Below, piece by piece: positions 36,001-48,748 of a DNA stretch of 64,000 nt. The notes under the pieces were generated by a model, which saw only the letters and a list, made by a program, of their open reading frames with translations, was not told the origin of the DNA and searched no databases. Location of the stretch: the NCBI RefSeq assembly GCF_036321535.1, contig NC_087441.1:12462001-12526000 (forward strand), read 5' to 3'. This DNA is from Camelus dromedarius (taxonomy: Eukaryota). A program made the translations under genes and the position numbers. Positions within the stretch are counted from its first letter, which is position 1; every line of letters starts with the position of its first letter.

Positions 36001-38232
36001 AGAGATTGTGTGTCTTGTTCACTGCTGTTTACTCAGCACCATCATCCTTGCCACATGGTTTCCCACTCCATTTGCTGTATGAAATAATAAATACAGGAAT
36101 CTTACCTCTCTACTAGGTGTGGTGGATATAATTAGCTGCTTTGTAATCTTAGTTCCTTCCCTGGAAAAAATTTGGAGATGGTGCAAGGATTATTAATTGG
36201 TACACAACCCACCAATGTCTACTTAGCTCTCCCTTTCCATCCCTCACCCCCTCTTCCTCTCCTATCCCCACAATATACTGCACCTGATTGAAAACTTAAT
36301 TACCCTGAGGATGGAGAGCTCATTAATGGTGCTGGAACTTCTGATGTCCTGGTTCTGTAGGTCATGTCCACCTGGACAGAATGAAGGCAGCTCCTTGTTT
36401 TTTGGGTTTTTTTTTTTTTTTCCAGTCCAGAGTCTGTGCATTTCCCAGTACCACGTGCCCCTTGTCAGGCGGTGGGTGAGGACCTCCATACATAAAACTA
36501 GCTCAAAATCATCCAAGTCAGAACAAAGCTAAGTTTAAATTCATCTCTTCTAACATCCAGAACTCATATCTTTTAAGTCTCCTTTTATTATCTTTGCTTT
36601 ATTAATTTGAAATTTTTTATCAAATCATGTCCCTTAAATGTAAGTATCAGTAAAAAACAAAACTATCATAATTTCACAAAATAGGAAATATGTGTATGCA
36701 CGAATGTTGAAAGCAAAATATTTAATCTAATGTCTAAAAAGGGAAGGATGTTGCACCAACTTCTTTTACAGTGGGGAGGAAGGAGTTTTCTGGGGGTTGT
36801 CCTGTAGAGGTAAAGTTTTATGAACATGATTCAATGAAACAAAAATGTATACTGAGGGCTAGAATGTCCTCAGGGATACAGTTACTATCAATGGGAGGGA
36901 TGTCAAAACAGTAAGAGTTACAATCTCTGTGCCTGCTAGATGTTCACCGTCTAGTTCAAGAGAGCTAAGACTAACAATGGTGACGAATATAAGACAGATA
37001 CTCGTAATAGTATGGATTGCTAGTACTGGAGGAATTGAGGGAAAACAGTGCTGTTGTGTGCTGGTGTGTTTTAGGGATGGCTTCAAACAGTGTGTCCTGG
37101 GCTAGGTGTTCAGTGATCCCTCGGACTTGTTCAGCGGAGACTGTCCTGCAGAGGGGCGATGCGAAGGGGTAATTGAGTTGTTCAGCAAGGATGTGAGCGA
37201 ATGCATTGAAGAGTTGGGGGAAGTAAAACCTGAAAGCTCCTCTACTGCTGAGCTCTCAAGGCAGAATCCTGAGAGTCACCCAAGGTACCTGATTACGCCA
37301 CCTCCAAGGGCCTGTCTCCTCTCCCCCGCCCATCACCAAGTCCTGCATACTCTGACTACTTGCGATTTTTTTGGATTTTACCTTCCACTCACAGTCCTAT
37401 TTCAATTTTTCATCATCTTTTACCTGGGCTCCTGAGACACCTTCCTCACCGATCTTCCTGAAACTTTGAGTTGTCAACCTCGAATACACCCTTAAAAAAT
37501 GTAGCTAGAATAATCTAAATTATACGTGGTCACTTTCGGCTTAAAATCCCTCGTGATGGTTTCCTGTTGCCCCCTGGAGACCCAGGAGCAGACTTCTGAG
37601 CAGCACACCTGGGCAGGGCTCAGCCATCTGGCTGCTCCCTCCTCCAGCCTCAGCCCCAGAATGTAGCCTGGAGAGTCCCTCACTCTCTGACTGTTAGTAG
37701 TTCCACAAACGAACCATGCTGTTTCCTGTGTCCAAGCCTTGCTTGAGCTATTTCTTCTGCCTGGGATGCATTTTTCATATTTTTCACTCTAACTCCTTTA
37801 CCAAGGCCCAGGTCAGGGGCTCGCTCCCTCCCAGGACCCTCCCATCCTTTGTATCCCTCATGTCTCTGTTTGCACATGCCCATGGTTTTGTTACATTTGC
37901 TCTTCTGTGTTGTATCTCCCACTCTGTTCTAAGCTCGTCGAGAAATAGGTTATGTGTCACATTCATCTTAGCTCCCCCAGCATTGAACCGTGACATTCAG
38001 AATGCATTAGTTATACTGGGGCAGTAAGACGGGTACATCAGCTGAAGTTGGATGCAAGCAGAGAAGTTCTGAGTTTAATGTGGTATTCAAAGAAAGAGAA
38101 TGAGAAGAAGGGTGAGAGGGAAATATTTCAGGATTACTCTATTGTGTAATATGCACGTCAGCCAGAAGAGGCCAGGAACATGGTGATCTGTGATGCAGTG
38201 ACATAGAAATCCCATTTAGTTTTATAATTCTT

Positions 38233-38332
38233 TTTTTAAAATTTATTTATCTTTAATGGAGGTACTAGAGATTGAACCCAGGACCTCGCGCATGCTAAGC
38301 ATGCACTCTACCACTGAGCTCTGCCTTCCCCC
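38233..38332 (-). mobile_element. Vic-1-type SINE in a SYNE1 5'-UTR intron
   Basis: Antisense tRNA-Ala-like head. 17-bp TSD ttagtt(t/c)tataattctt at 38216-38232 and 38333-38349. Confidence 0.9.
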
Positions 38333-40039
38333 TTAGTTCTATAATTCTTGATCGATGGTGGGGGCCACGTCTTTGTCATCTGTGAACTCCAGGGCTGAGC
38401 AGGGCCTGGCGTAGGGCAGCTGAGCTACAATGAATTTCTTCCCTCGTCTCTACGTAGTCTACCTGTAGCTAGCTAGCTAGATTCAGAAAGTTATATGCTT
38501 GCACTTGGAGAATCTAACTTTCTAACAGCTTAGGGGAGCCATTTTAAGATACCGCAGGCCCTTCTCAGTGTCTGTTAGTCTTCAAATTAAGGTAGCTGTT
38601 GTATGTGGGCGGATGGGATGTTTTCTCCCAGGACGTGAAGGCTGCTCAGGGGCAGCCAGCTGCAGTAGGGCTGTAGGCTTGGTGCATGACAGGCCAGCCC
38701 TAAGTAGTTATTTCTCCCTCTTGGAGAGCCATCCATGGAGAGCTAACCCTCTAGCCCAGAAGCTGCCAAGTCCCGGGTCCTACTTCTAGCGTCTTTTCAA
38801 GTAGCCAAGAGAAATCTGTCTTTGCTGGTCAGTGCTGTTCACTGCACCACTGCTCCTTGACTTAAATATGTCCATTCTGACCCCAGAAATGTGCAGAGCG
38901 GCAGCAGTGTGCCATGTTTCACATCCTTACTGAGGGGGTGGTCTGGAAAAGATACCGGCTTTGCATTCATGCCTTCTAACTAGATACCGATATGTACTAG
39001 TATTAATGCCATTTTAAAAAGCAGTTGTCATCTTTAATGACACTCTGTTACTTAACCAGTCCTTCGTAAGTAACACGCTCTTTATGAGCACACGTTCAGG
39101 TTATAATGTCTGATAGCACTCATAGCCTGCTCTTCGTTGCTCTCCGAAGGTGGACCACCCCACAGAGACGTGCTGTGTTTTCTTTACGATTTTGCTTTCA
39201 CCAGCCTCCTCTGCCCCCACCCTGTTTCTCTTCTTCACCTTCATCGTCGTAGCCCAGGGATGAATATGAATTGTCAAAGTCTCAGGCTCATACAGACCCC
39301 CTCGGTTTGGCGCCTTGGTTGCATTTCTTCCTCTAAGTGCATTTTTCACCCTCTTCTTTCTGTTGTCAGTTTTCCTGTTCGTGGCAGGACCTTCTCTTCA
39401 GCTAGCCCTATGGTTAGGAAACCCTTGTTCAAAGTATCTGTCTCAACGTCGAGGTTTCATCAGCCACTGTCCTACCTCTTTCCTACCTCCCCCAGCCCAG
39501 CACGATGAATTAAACTTGACCAAAACAGAGAATTCAAGAAGGGGTTAGGAGGAAAATATTGTCTCTAATCCTGCCCACCCCAGCCTTACAGCTTACTTTA
39601 GAGTCTTTCTATATGGGGGTGGGGAAGCTAAATCAAACCTATTTGTCTTCTAAAATTACAGTGTTTGCAACTCAAATTTTCAGATTAAAATAGTTTTATA
39701 TGCTATTTACTATTGCAGTTCATCAAATTTTAGGAGCTAACATCTGATTTCATTCCTGAAAAGTGTATAAAAACAAAACAGAGCAAAATAGATGTGCAAA
39801 GCAGGCTAAAATAGCCCAGATAAGAGAACCTATGAATATTGAGAAATAGAACTCAGTGTTTTGAGTGCAACTACTTTCATAGGTCAATGAAAAAAGTTTA
39901 CAGTTTAAGATGAAAACATGGAAAAAAGTGAAATTTCTCCTAGCAGCCAATTTTATTGTGTATGTTTCAAGTATGGGTTTATTTTATCAAACATCATAAG
40001 AATTCCTCGTATTTACCTACTATTTTATAGTTTATAAGT

Positions 40040-41395
40040 TTTTTTAAGCTTTATTTACTTATTTATTTTTAACTTCTTTTTTAATTGAGTTATAATCAGT
40101 TTACAATGTTGTGTCAATTTCCAGTGTAGAGCACAATTTTTCAGTTATACATGAACATACATATATTCATTGTCACATTCTTTTTTGCTGTGAGCTACCA
40201 CAAGATCTTGTATATATTTCCCTGTGCTATACAGTATAATCTTGTTTATCTATTCTCCATATGCCTGTCAGTATCTACAAATTTCGAACTCCTAGTCTGT
40301 CCCTTCCCACCCCCCACCCCCTGGCAACCACAAGTTTGTATTCTATTTCTATGAGTCTACTTCTGTTNNNNNNNNNNNNNNNNNNNNNNNNNNNNNNNNN
40401 NNNNNNNNNNNNNNNNNNNNNNNNNNNNNNNNNNNNNNNNNNNNNNNNNNNNNNNNNNNNNNNNNNNNNNNNNNNNNNNNNNNNNNNNNNNNNNNNNNNN
40501 NNNGTCTCATATGGTATTTTTCTTTCTGTTTGGCTTACTTCACTTAGAATGACATTCCCCAGGGACATCCATGTTGCTGCAAATGGCGTTATGTTGTCGG
40601 TTTTTAATGGCTGAATAGTATTCCATTGTATAAATGTACCACAGCTTCTTTATCCAGTCATCTGTCATTGGACATTTAGACTGTTTCCATGTCTTGGCTA
40701 TTGTAAATAGTGCTGCTATGAACATTGGGGTGCAGGTGTCTTTTTGAAGTAGGGTTCCGTCTGGTTATATGCCCAGGAGCGGGATTCCTGGGTCATACGG
40801 TAANNNNNNNNNNNNNNNNNNNNNNNNNNNNNNNNNNNNNNNNNNNNNNNNNNNNNNNNNNNNNNNNNNNNNNNNNNNNNNNNNNNNNNNNNNNNNNNNN
40901 NNNNNNNNNNNNNNNNNNNNNNNNNNNNNNNNNNNNNNNNNNNNNNNNNNNNNNNNNNNNNNNNNNNNNNNNNNNNNNNNNNNNNNNNNNNNNNNNNNNN
41001 NNNNNNNNNNNNNNNNNNNNNNNNNNNNNNNNNNNNNNNNNNNNNNNNNNNNNNTTCCTTGGAAAATTGCTTGGTTAGGTCTTCTGCCCATTTTTGGATT
41101 GAGTTGTTTGTTTTTTTCTTATTAAGTCGTGTGAGCTGCTTATACATTCTGAAGATCAAGCCTTTGTCAGTTTTGTCTTTTGCAAAAATTTTCTCCCATT
41201 CTGTAGGTTCCTGTTTTGTTTTGTTTATGGCTTCCTTTGCTATGCAGGAGCTTGTAAGTTTAATTAGGTCCCATTTGTTTATTCTTGCTTTTATTTCTAT
41301 TGCTTGAGTAGACTGCCCTAGGAGAACATTTTTGAGAGGTATGTCAAATAATGTTTTGCCTATGTTTTCTTCTAGGAGATTTATTGTATCTTGTC
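40040..41395 (-). mobile_element. 5'-truncated L1 (ORF2 C-terminus and 3'UTR), two N-gaps
   Basis: Translation MFIAALFTIAKTWKQSKCPMTDDWIKKLWYIYTMEYYSAIK is the L1 ORF2 C-terminal domain. Exact 15-bp TSD TTATAGTTTATAAGT at 40025-40039 and 41396-41410. Confidence 0.95.
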
Positions 41396-41542
41396 TTATA
41401 GTTTATAAGTATTTTTACATTAGTTATTTCACTTGGTGATGAATCCTCTATTCAGATTGAATAAAGACAGTTCTTTTTGCACTAGGGTGACCTGTGTTGA
41501 TTTTTTTAAAAAAATATTGTACCTTTTCTATGTGTTTTTCAG

Positions 41543-41748
41543 GTTCTTGAATTCATTTAAAGCAAAAGAAGAGAAAGAAGTGGTTGGATCTCTGGAGTGC
41601 TGTCTCCTCGCTGACTGCTGTGTGTGCCCGGGGTTGGGCCATGACTCGATAGACCCAGAGACGTTCAAGGATGTTTTCTCGAGTGGCCTAGGGCTGCACC
41701 GCATTGGGCAAAGGGTCTCCAGCAGTGGTCCCGTGCCTCGGTGCAGCC
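41543..41748 (+). other. SYNE1: 5'-UTR part of the SYNE1 first coding exon
   Basis: Acceptor ttttctatgtgtttttcag|G with AG at 41541-41542; contiguous with the CDS that follows. Confidence 0.8.
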
Positions 41749-41815
41749 ATGGCAACCTCCAGGGCAGCCTCTCGGTCTCCTCGGGACATCGCCAACGTGA
41801 TGCAAAGGCTACAAG
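41749..41815 (+). CDS. SYNE1: SYNE1 (nesprin-1) first coding segment, 22 codons + 1 nt
   Basis: GCAGCCATGG strong Kozak context; MATSRAASRSPRDIANVMQRLQ+G; donor AAG|GTAAGG. Matches human nesprin-1 as recalled (MATSRGASRCPRDIANVMQRLQ-DEQEIVQKRTFTKWINSHL). The MYCT1 neighbour fits the known synteny. I did not find the next exon (DEQEIVQK...) in the window. Confidence 0.95.
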
Positions 41816-44800
41816 GTAAGGGGCAGAAACGCCAGGGTTTGTTTGGTTCTGTTTTGTTATATGCTTTAAATTTCGAATATCGACTTTCTTCAGAATCTTG
41901 TCAGTTTGCTTGCATTGTAGTTCAGTTTTATGAAACTATGGCAAGGAATGTCAGGATGATGGCTTTTATGCTAGTGTTTTCAAACTAGTCCATCCTATTT
42001 TAAGATGCTGTCTTCTGTAGGTAGGAAAAAAAAAAAAACTCCTTTTTTGATTTTATGTCCGTGTTAGTGTGACCTTAATGGCAATTTAGAGTCTGGCTGG
42101 GAATTCAATTATTGTCAAACTGTCCTTCAATCACCAGTGACAGTCCAATACCATGACAGGGCCCCAACAAGGATGTCCTGACAATGGCGGACAGGTAACT
42201 ACCTGCTACAGTCAAATAAGTAAATTGGTGGTTTACTTATCCCAGCGAGAAGGCCCTCAGAGATCTAGAAAGTCTTTAAGCAAAATGAGATGGAAGCCCA
42301 GAGGGGCTGAAGTAATGTGACGGGATAAATGGTTAGTGGCAGTGTATGGCTGGAACCACGTCCCTCACCTGTGTTCCTTCTCTAACAGCAAACTGTTTTA
42401 TAGAAGAGAGTTAACAGTGAAATGGTATGAATCCTCACAGATGAGTTCCTAATTGTGAATTTTCTTTAAATGTGTGTATTCCTCGAACTGCAAAAACAAT
42501 CGTCATCTCTAGGTGTATGAAAATACTGCTTCTTTGTCACAGTCCCAGTGTGACTCTCTCAGGCTTCAAATGGATATTTCCAGGACATAAACATTTCCAT
42601 ACTTAGCAGGGTTCTGCTCTAGTCTTTGCCAGGAGAGCTTAAACATAATGCTGTAGCTTGGCTTTCCAGTATTCCAGCAAGTGATCACATGGCTTTGCAC
42701 CGCAGCCATCATATTAATCTGTCACAGCCCCCTTTTTCCTTGCTTATGATTCATTTAACGTGCATAGCAGTCATTTCCAGTTAAGCTCTCTTGACTTTGA
42801 AATACAGATCAAACTCCTACATCTGGATATTCATGGCCTAGAACATGCTCCCAGGGATAGGAAATCCAGAGATCAGTGGAACTGAGAGTTTCTCCATGCC
42901 TGACCAGAGCCCACCCATTTGACTGAAGCGCCTGCAGTCACATGCCCCGAACCCCTGTTTATTTGCCTGGGCTGATGGCTGACACCTCAATGTAGGTGGT
43001 GCTTGTTTCACATTGATTGTTGAAAACTACTTGTCATGCCAGATAGAACCTGTTTAGATAAAAAGCCAGGTCCTTGCTGAATATGTGGGCATTACCCATC
43101 TCCACAGGATGAAACACCTCTGGTTGAGTCTGCCCAGTGCCAAGATCTCTAGTTTAAGTTCTGCATCTTTACCTGGGTGGATGGAGCACTGACCTTGGAG
43201 TTCCTTTCCTCTGTCTATGTCTGTCTTTGCCATTTGCCTGGGTGCAAGTTACTGAATTGATTTTGTGCCTCCAAAACTTCATCTTTAAAAGGATGGAATG
43301 GAAACCTAAGGTTCCTGGCAAAAGTGTGGGGACGATAATTGGGTAATAAAGCAGATTTTTCCTTTGAGTAATTAAATGTGAAAATTCTCTGGAGAAGATA
43401 CATACTGACAATAAAGGGAAGTTGTAAAGGTAAAGAGTAAATTTGGAAAAAAACGTAATCAGTTCAGAATCAGATTATGGTCCAACCAACACTCTACTTT
43501 TTATACTTATTTTGGTTTGAATGAAGTCTTTTATTAAGGTAATGGTTAGAGGGGAGAGGAGGCGGAAGGGTACTGATACCTCAGTGTTTTTGTTTTGTTT
43601 TGTTTTCTTGTGGATACGCAAGTGGTTTTGCATGAGAGGTGGGTGGGGTGGGAAAAGCATTGGAATCCCACCCTCCCGAGACGATGGTAGATGTCCTGTT
43701 TAACTCCTGTGTGTTTAGGGCCGTCACTTGCAAAATGTGGACTGTTTTTACCCTGCTTAGCCCTCTCGGGACTGTTGTCATCCTCATGAGCTAATAGATG
43801 AAAGGTGTTTTAAAAACTGTAAATACTGTCACATGGCAAGCTGTTCTAATAGTCAAGAAAGAAAATTGGATGAGAAGGCACTGGCCTGATAATTTTTTGC
43901 AAATTGGTCTAGTCATGCAGACTTGGGTAGGAAGGAGTGTTAACAGTCTTATATATTCTGCGTTGTGTAAAGCTTGTCACTTTATTACAAAATGAAGGGA
44001 CTATACTTGCTGTATATTTTTTTCCTTCCTAGTGTAAGGGTTACAACATATCATAAGGGTGCCTGACAAATTTAGAACAGTAAACCTTATGATACAGGAG
44101 ATAAAAGTCTTGAGCACTAGGTACTTACCTTTAGCTTTTAGCATTAATTACTTTGTAAACTAGGTAATTGATGGCAACAAAATATAGGATTGGTACTGTT
44201 ACAAGATGCAACACGTCTAGCCTCTGTCAGTGGAAGCCCAGTGATGGGGCTGGAAGTGAAGGTGATCTGGCAGATTTATTGATCTGGGGGGTTAATTCTG
44301 CTGATTCATCTGGCGAGGTTCGCGTCTCCTCCTCATCCCAGCTCTCACTGTGCATACTGCTGATGGTTTGAGGCCAAACAAGAGTCAGCCTCCATGGACA
44401 GAGGACACCTGTCTTTTGCCAAGGGTAGTGAGTAACTCCTCTTGCCTGCTGGAACCTCCAAATGACTGACCAAGATCCTAGTAAGTGGAGGGCTGACATC
44501 ATTGTCCAGATAATTAAGACAAATGAAATTTCTTTGAGAAAAAAATGAATGCCTATTAACTTAAATAAGACCAGAGTTGCTATTTTCCAAGTGCAAATTC
44601 ATAAGAACATTCTTCTAGAATTCTCTTTTCTTTGCCTGGATAGATAATCCAAGTAACTAATTTTTCCCCCCTCTTGGGTTTTATTGTCAAATCAGGTCCA
44701 TGTATAACTAATAAAAAGCCTGTAGTCTCGAATAATGGCAACTTGGCTCTACTTTCTTGCTTATTTAGTTTACAGCCATAATTGTTGACTGTTTTTCTGC

Positions 44801-46869
44801 TTTTAGTTTTCATTTCTAGTGCTAGGAAATTAAAGTGCACACACAGATTGCTACATAATTTAGTGCTACTGTAGCGGTTCAATGTTTCACCTTTGCCAAT
44901 ATTTGTGCTTGTTTGAGCATAATGTTTTAGGCTGGGATCCTGAATTATGGATGAGCAGGCAGACTGCACTGCAGAGTTTTGTTTGCTCTTAAGGATAATC
45001 AATGTTTCTGTCACTTTCATCAATTTAAATGTAAGTGATTTAATATTTAAATATTTAGAGAAAAGCAAATATTAGACACTGGCATAATACAGGGTATTAC
45101 ATTTTCAATGCACATTATTAGTATATACATTTTTCTGCTCTTATAGGCTTCCTGAAGGGATCTATTTAACAGGTGCCTCGTGGAATCACGTTAGTTTATA
45201 ATCACATCTAAAAAAATAAATGTTGAACTGTTCAGATTATAAATTTCTTTAAGATAGTCATAAGAGCTTCAGGCTCTTTGCCATTTTTCATAGTACTTCT
45301 GCGTAACATTTGCTTAAAAAGGATTTGTTGACTGACTTTTATCAAATACATTTTTTTTTTCATTTGGAAGATCATCTGCTAGGATTTTTAAATTAACATA
45401 TCAGTGCTGATAATTGCAAGGCAAGGTAGCATCCATGCAACCTATTGAGCTAGTGGTAAGTGCCAGAAAGACTCAGATGGGTGTGCTAGGGTGTCATACA
45501 GAGACTGATTTAATAAAAAAGAAGGATTATTGGCTGCAAGGTCAAACTTTGATTTTTAAACCTTGTGAATAAATTCAAAGAGAAACAAATGAGAAAATGG
45601 ATGAGCATTTACTTTTGGAGACATATCTATGAAGTGTGCTAACTGTTTAGAAAAAAAAAATCATGGCCTCCCCCTAAAATTGTTTTTATGGGCAACTTTC
45701 AACTTTTTTGGGTTAAATATAGTATTTTATGTAAATCCATTATACAGTACAGAAATCTCAGACTAACAAAAAAGCTGACTGAAGAGCAGAATAAACCATG
45801 ATAACTATTGAAAATGTAACTTTCTTCTGGCTTAACGTCAAATGCGCATCAGAAGGAAGTTTGCTATCTTTTGAAGATTCTAATTTTTTTATAGTGCCTT
45901 CAAGTTTAGGCTTTATACTTTGTTACTCTGACTTAATGACTCTTCTTATTCAACTATAAAATAGTGTCAAAGATCCATTTATCATATTTAGGCTGAAATT
46001 CTCCTTTTGGTTTAATCTCTTTCTTCCAGAAATGAATATTACATGATATTATCTCAAATTTAAATCTAACACAAAACTCAGCACAAAACAATGATCATTT
46101 CTTTATATTTGGGAACATCATAGTTAAATAAGTATTTGATGAATAAGTAGATATATCATGATCCCTAAAGTAAGGAATTGAAGATGAAACTAGTCAAAAC
46201 ATATGCAAAAACAAAGGAAGAAACTAGTTAAATGGGATCCTACTTTATTTGCCCTCTCTTTAAAACAATCTTTATCTGAATTTTAGTCAGAATTGAGTTT
46301 TGATGATAAAATCATTTTAAGGACACGTGTCCAGTCTGAATGGGTGACTATGCTGGCACCTCAGCTGTGTGTGTTTGTGTAACCATAATGCTTTAAGTGC
46401 ATTTTTCCTTCCTAAAGGTATATTACACATTTATGTTACTTTTACAGGTATTAAAGCATTTGCATTTGTATAATGCCCTGCCCTCCAAGCCTTTCTTCTT
46501 GCAGAGCCTTTTTATCCACTGTGCATTTTGGAGTAAGTGCCTGAGACCTTCAGGATTTTTAAAGGTCAGCAAAAATATTGGCTCTCAAATAGAAAAAGCA
46601 AACTGCTAAATCAAAATTAACAAATTTTGAACGAATGCTAAAATTATGTCAGCTAGTCAAAGGTAAATCAAGTCAGTTCAAAAATTATATATGTATAAAT
46701 ACATTTGATATATTTGGGGTACGGATACACATCCTTTTTCCAGAGATAGTGTGTGGCAGGCCTGTAAATGTCAGGGCCTCGAAGGCCTACCAGTAAACCA
46801 AAACATTCCTACATGTTGCCCCCAAATTAATTCTTTTTAGTGTACAACTTTAACGTTATTTCTTTCATG

Positions 46870-47370
46870 GTGAAATTCTTCCTCAACTCTTGAACTCCCT
46901 ATCAAAGTCCCAACTTCTTGGCTTGGCTTCCAGTTCTGACTCCATCTTAACTGCCTAGCGTCTGTCTCCTCTGGCTCCCCTCCCTCTCCCCAGGTATCTG
47001 CGAAATGACACCAGGTGCCAGGCTCTCAAGATACCCTGACTCTTCTGTCTCCTGCTGGGGCACTTTCTGGAAGGAATGCACCAAAAACTCCACCTATCTT
47101 CAAGGCCCAACCTAAATACAGTCTCTTCAGTGAAGGCTTTATTGCAAATATCGTCAGAAATCCTCTCTCCGCTGTCTGAATTCTCTTAGCACGTAGTAGC
47201 ACCGTCACAGATTTCACATTATGTTACATGTGGTGTCTGATCTATGCACTCAGAGTATAAACCCCTTGAAGGCAGAAATCGAGTCAAAGTCATGTCAGTG
47301 CCCTGCTCATTGACGAGCATAGTGCATTCCATAATGTGGACACTTCAAAAGCATTTGTTGACTGAATATC
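46870..47370 (+). mobile_element. L2 LINE 3' fragment
   Basis: cttcaaggcccaacctaaatac...ccttgaaggcagaaatc...aagcatttgttgactgaat. Confidence 0.65.
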
Positions 47371-47389
47371 TTATAAGTATTTAATATCA

Positions 47390-48030
47390 TACTGATTTTC
47401 AATGGTGGAAGCAGGGACACCAGGAGGGTCAACATTGATAAGTCAGAAGAGAGATGAATGTGGCTTCGACTAGCTATTAAACAGTGGATAGGGAGGAAGT
47501 GATAAAAATTTAGATATATTTTGAAAGTAAAGCCGAAATAATTTGCTGGTGGGTTGGATGTGGTGTTTGAGAGAGAGGAGTGAAAGCTGGGCCCCTCGCT
47601 TTGCATTTGAAAATGAGGAGGGACCTAAGACTGTTGGAAACAGGGTTGAGAAGGGAGATTAAGAGCTTTTTTGGAACATGTTACATTTCAGATGCCTGGG
47701 GGACGTCCAAGAAGGTCATTGAGTCTATGACTGTAGAAATCAAGGGAGAAGACACAGCTGGAAAAAACATCTGGAAATCATGAGCACACAGATAGTGTAT
47801 AAAGCCGTGGGACTGGTTGACACCACCCAGAGAACAAAAACAGATAGAAAAGAGGTTTGAGAAATAAAACGTCCAACTTCGGGGGTGGGCTGGTGAGGAG
47901 GGTCCCACATGTGAGACTGAGGCTGTAGCCCATGTGGTAAGAAGCAAGAAGGGAGAAGACTTCCCTGGAAGCCAAGAGGAGAAAGTTCCAGGAGGGAGTG
48001 ATCAATTGTGTTAATGTGGTGAATGTCCTG
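47390..48030 (-). mobile_element. L2 LINE internal fragment
   Basis: Purine-rich antisense L2 pattern (gatatattttgaaagtaaagcc...ttggaacatgtt...gaagccaagaggagaaagttccagg). Confidence 0.6.
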
Positions 48031-48627
48031 TATATGTGCAGGTTTAAATGTTTACAGTGCATAGAAAGATTGTCTGCTTTTTATATATAAATAACAGGCC
48101 TGAGTGGGTACAAGGACATGTGCATATGGTTTCAAAATCATTTCTGGAAGAATGAAAGAAGGGTTCTGGGTGTTGCCCATAAAGATTCACAAGGGTCTTG
48201 GAAGTTAATTGGATAGGAGCAATTCCTTAAGAATTTATTAAATATAATTCTGTGTTCTATGTTGAGTCCAATCAGAACTGCGTCCTAAGGATGGAATATC
48301 TGTCACTCAGACCCTAATCCGTCCTCCATCCTTGTGGAGTTGGGGCCCCTGCTGTGAACAGAAAGATGGTTCTCGTGAGAACGGTGGGCCCACTGGTGCC
48401 ATCCTGGACACGTGTGTGTGACTCTGGCGTCTCAGTGCCTTCTCCCTTGTGTACCGCCTCCCCTCATACATCTCTGCTTGCGCCCCTTGGCACTATCTTC
48501 CTAGGTTTGTTCCACGTAACAAGACTGATTGTCCCGGAGAAAGTCTTTATGGAGCCGGTGTCACCTCTTCGGTCATTGCTGGATTAGTTCCTCCAGGACG
48601 TAGTGAAAGTATGCCGTGGCAGGTGTT

Positions 48628-48748
48628 GGGATTATCTGAAACACTGTGGCGGCTCTGGGATTATCTGAAACACTGTGGCGGCTCTGGGATTATCTGAAAC
48701 ACTGTGGCGGCTCTGGGATTATCTGAAACACTGTGGCGGCTCTGGGAT
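48628..48748. repeat. Minisatellite, four identical 29-bp units plus a partial unit
   Basis: GGGATTATCTGAAACACTGTGGCGGCTCT starting at 48628, 48657, 48686 and 48715, then GGGAT. Confidence 0.95.

Noticed and set aside
41816-41988. Continuation of the SYNE1 ORF (GKGQKRQGLFG...)
   Set aside because: It lies past a strong donor, and similarity to nesprin-1 ends exactly at the donor.
44580-45068. 162-aa minus-strand ORF
   Set aside because: Non-AUG start, AT-rich intronic composition and no recognisable family.
42019-46999. Other AG|GT juxtapositions (42019, 46446, 46992) as recursive splice sites
   Set aside because: The donor halves (GTAGGA, GTATTA, GTATCT) or the pyrimidine tracts are weaker, and such motifs are expected by chance.
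46870-48030. Oppositely oriented L2 pair as a miR-28/151-type hairpin
   Set aside because: The second piece is an internal L2 segment, not a matching 3' end, and I see no extended complementarity.
48628-48748. 29-bp direct repeats as a CRISPR array
   Set aside because: The units are head-to-tail with no spacers, there are no cas genes, and the context is a mammalian intron. It is a minisatellite.
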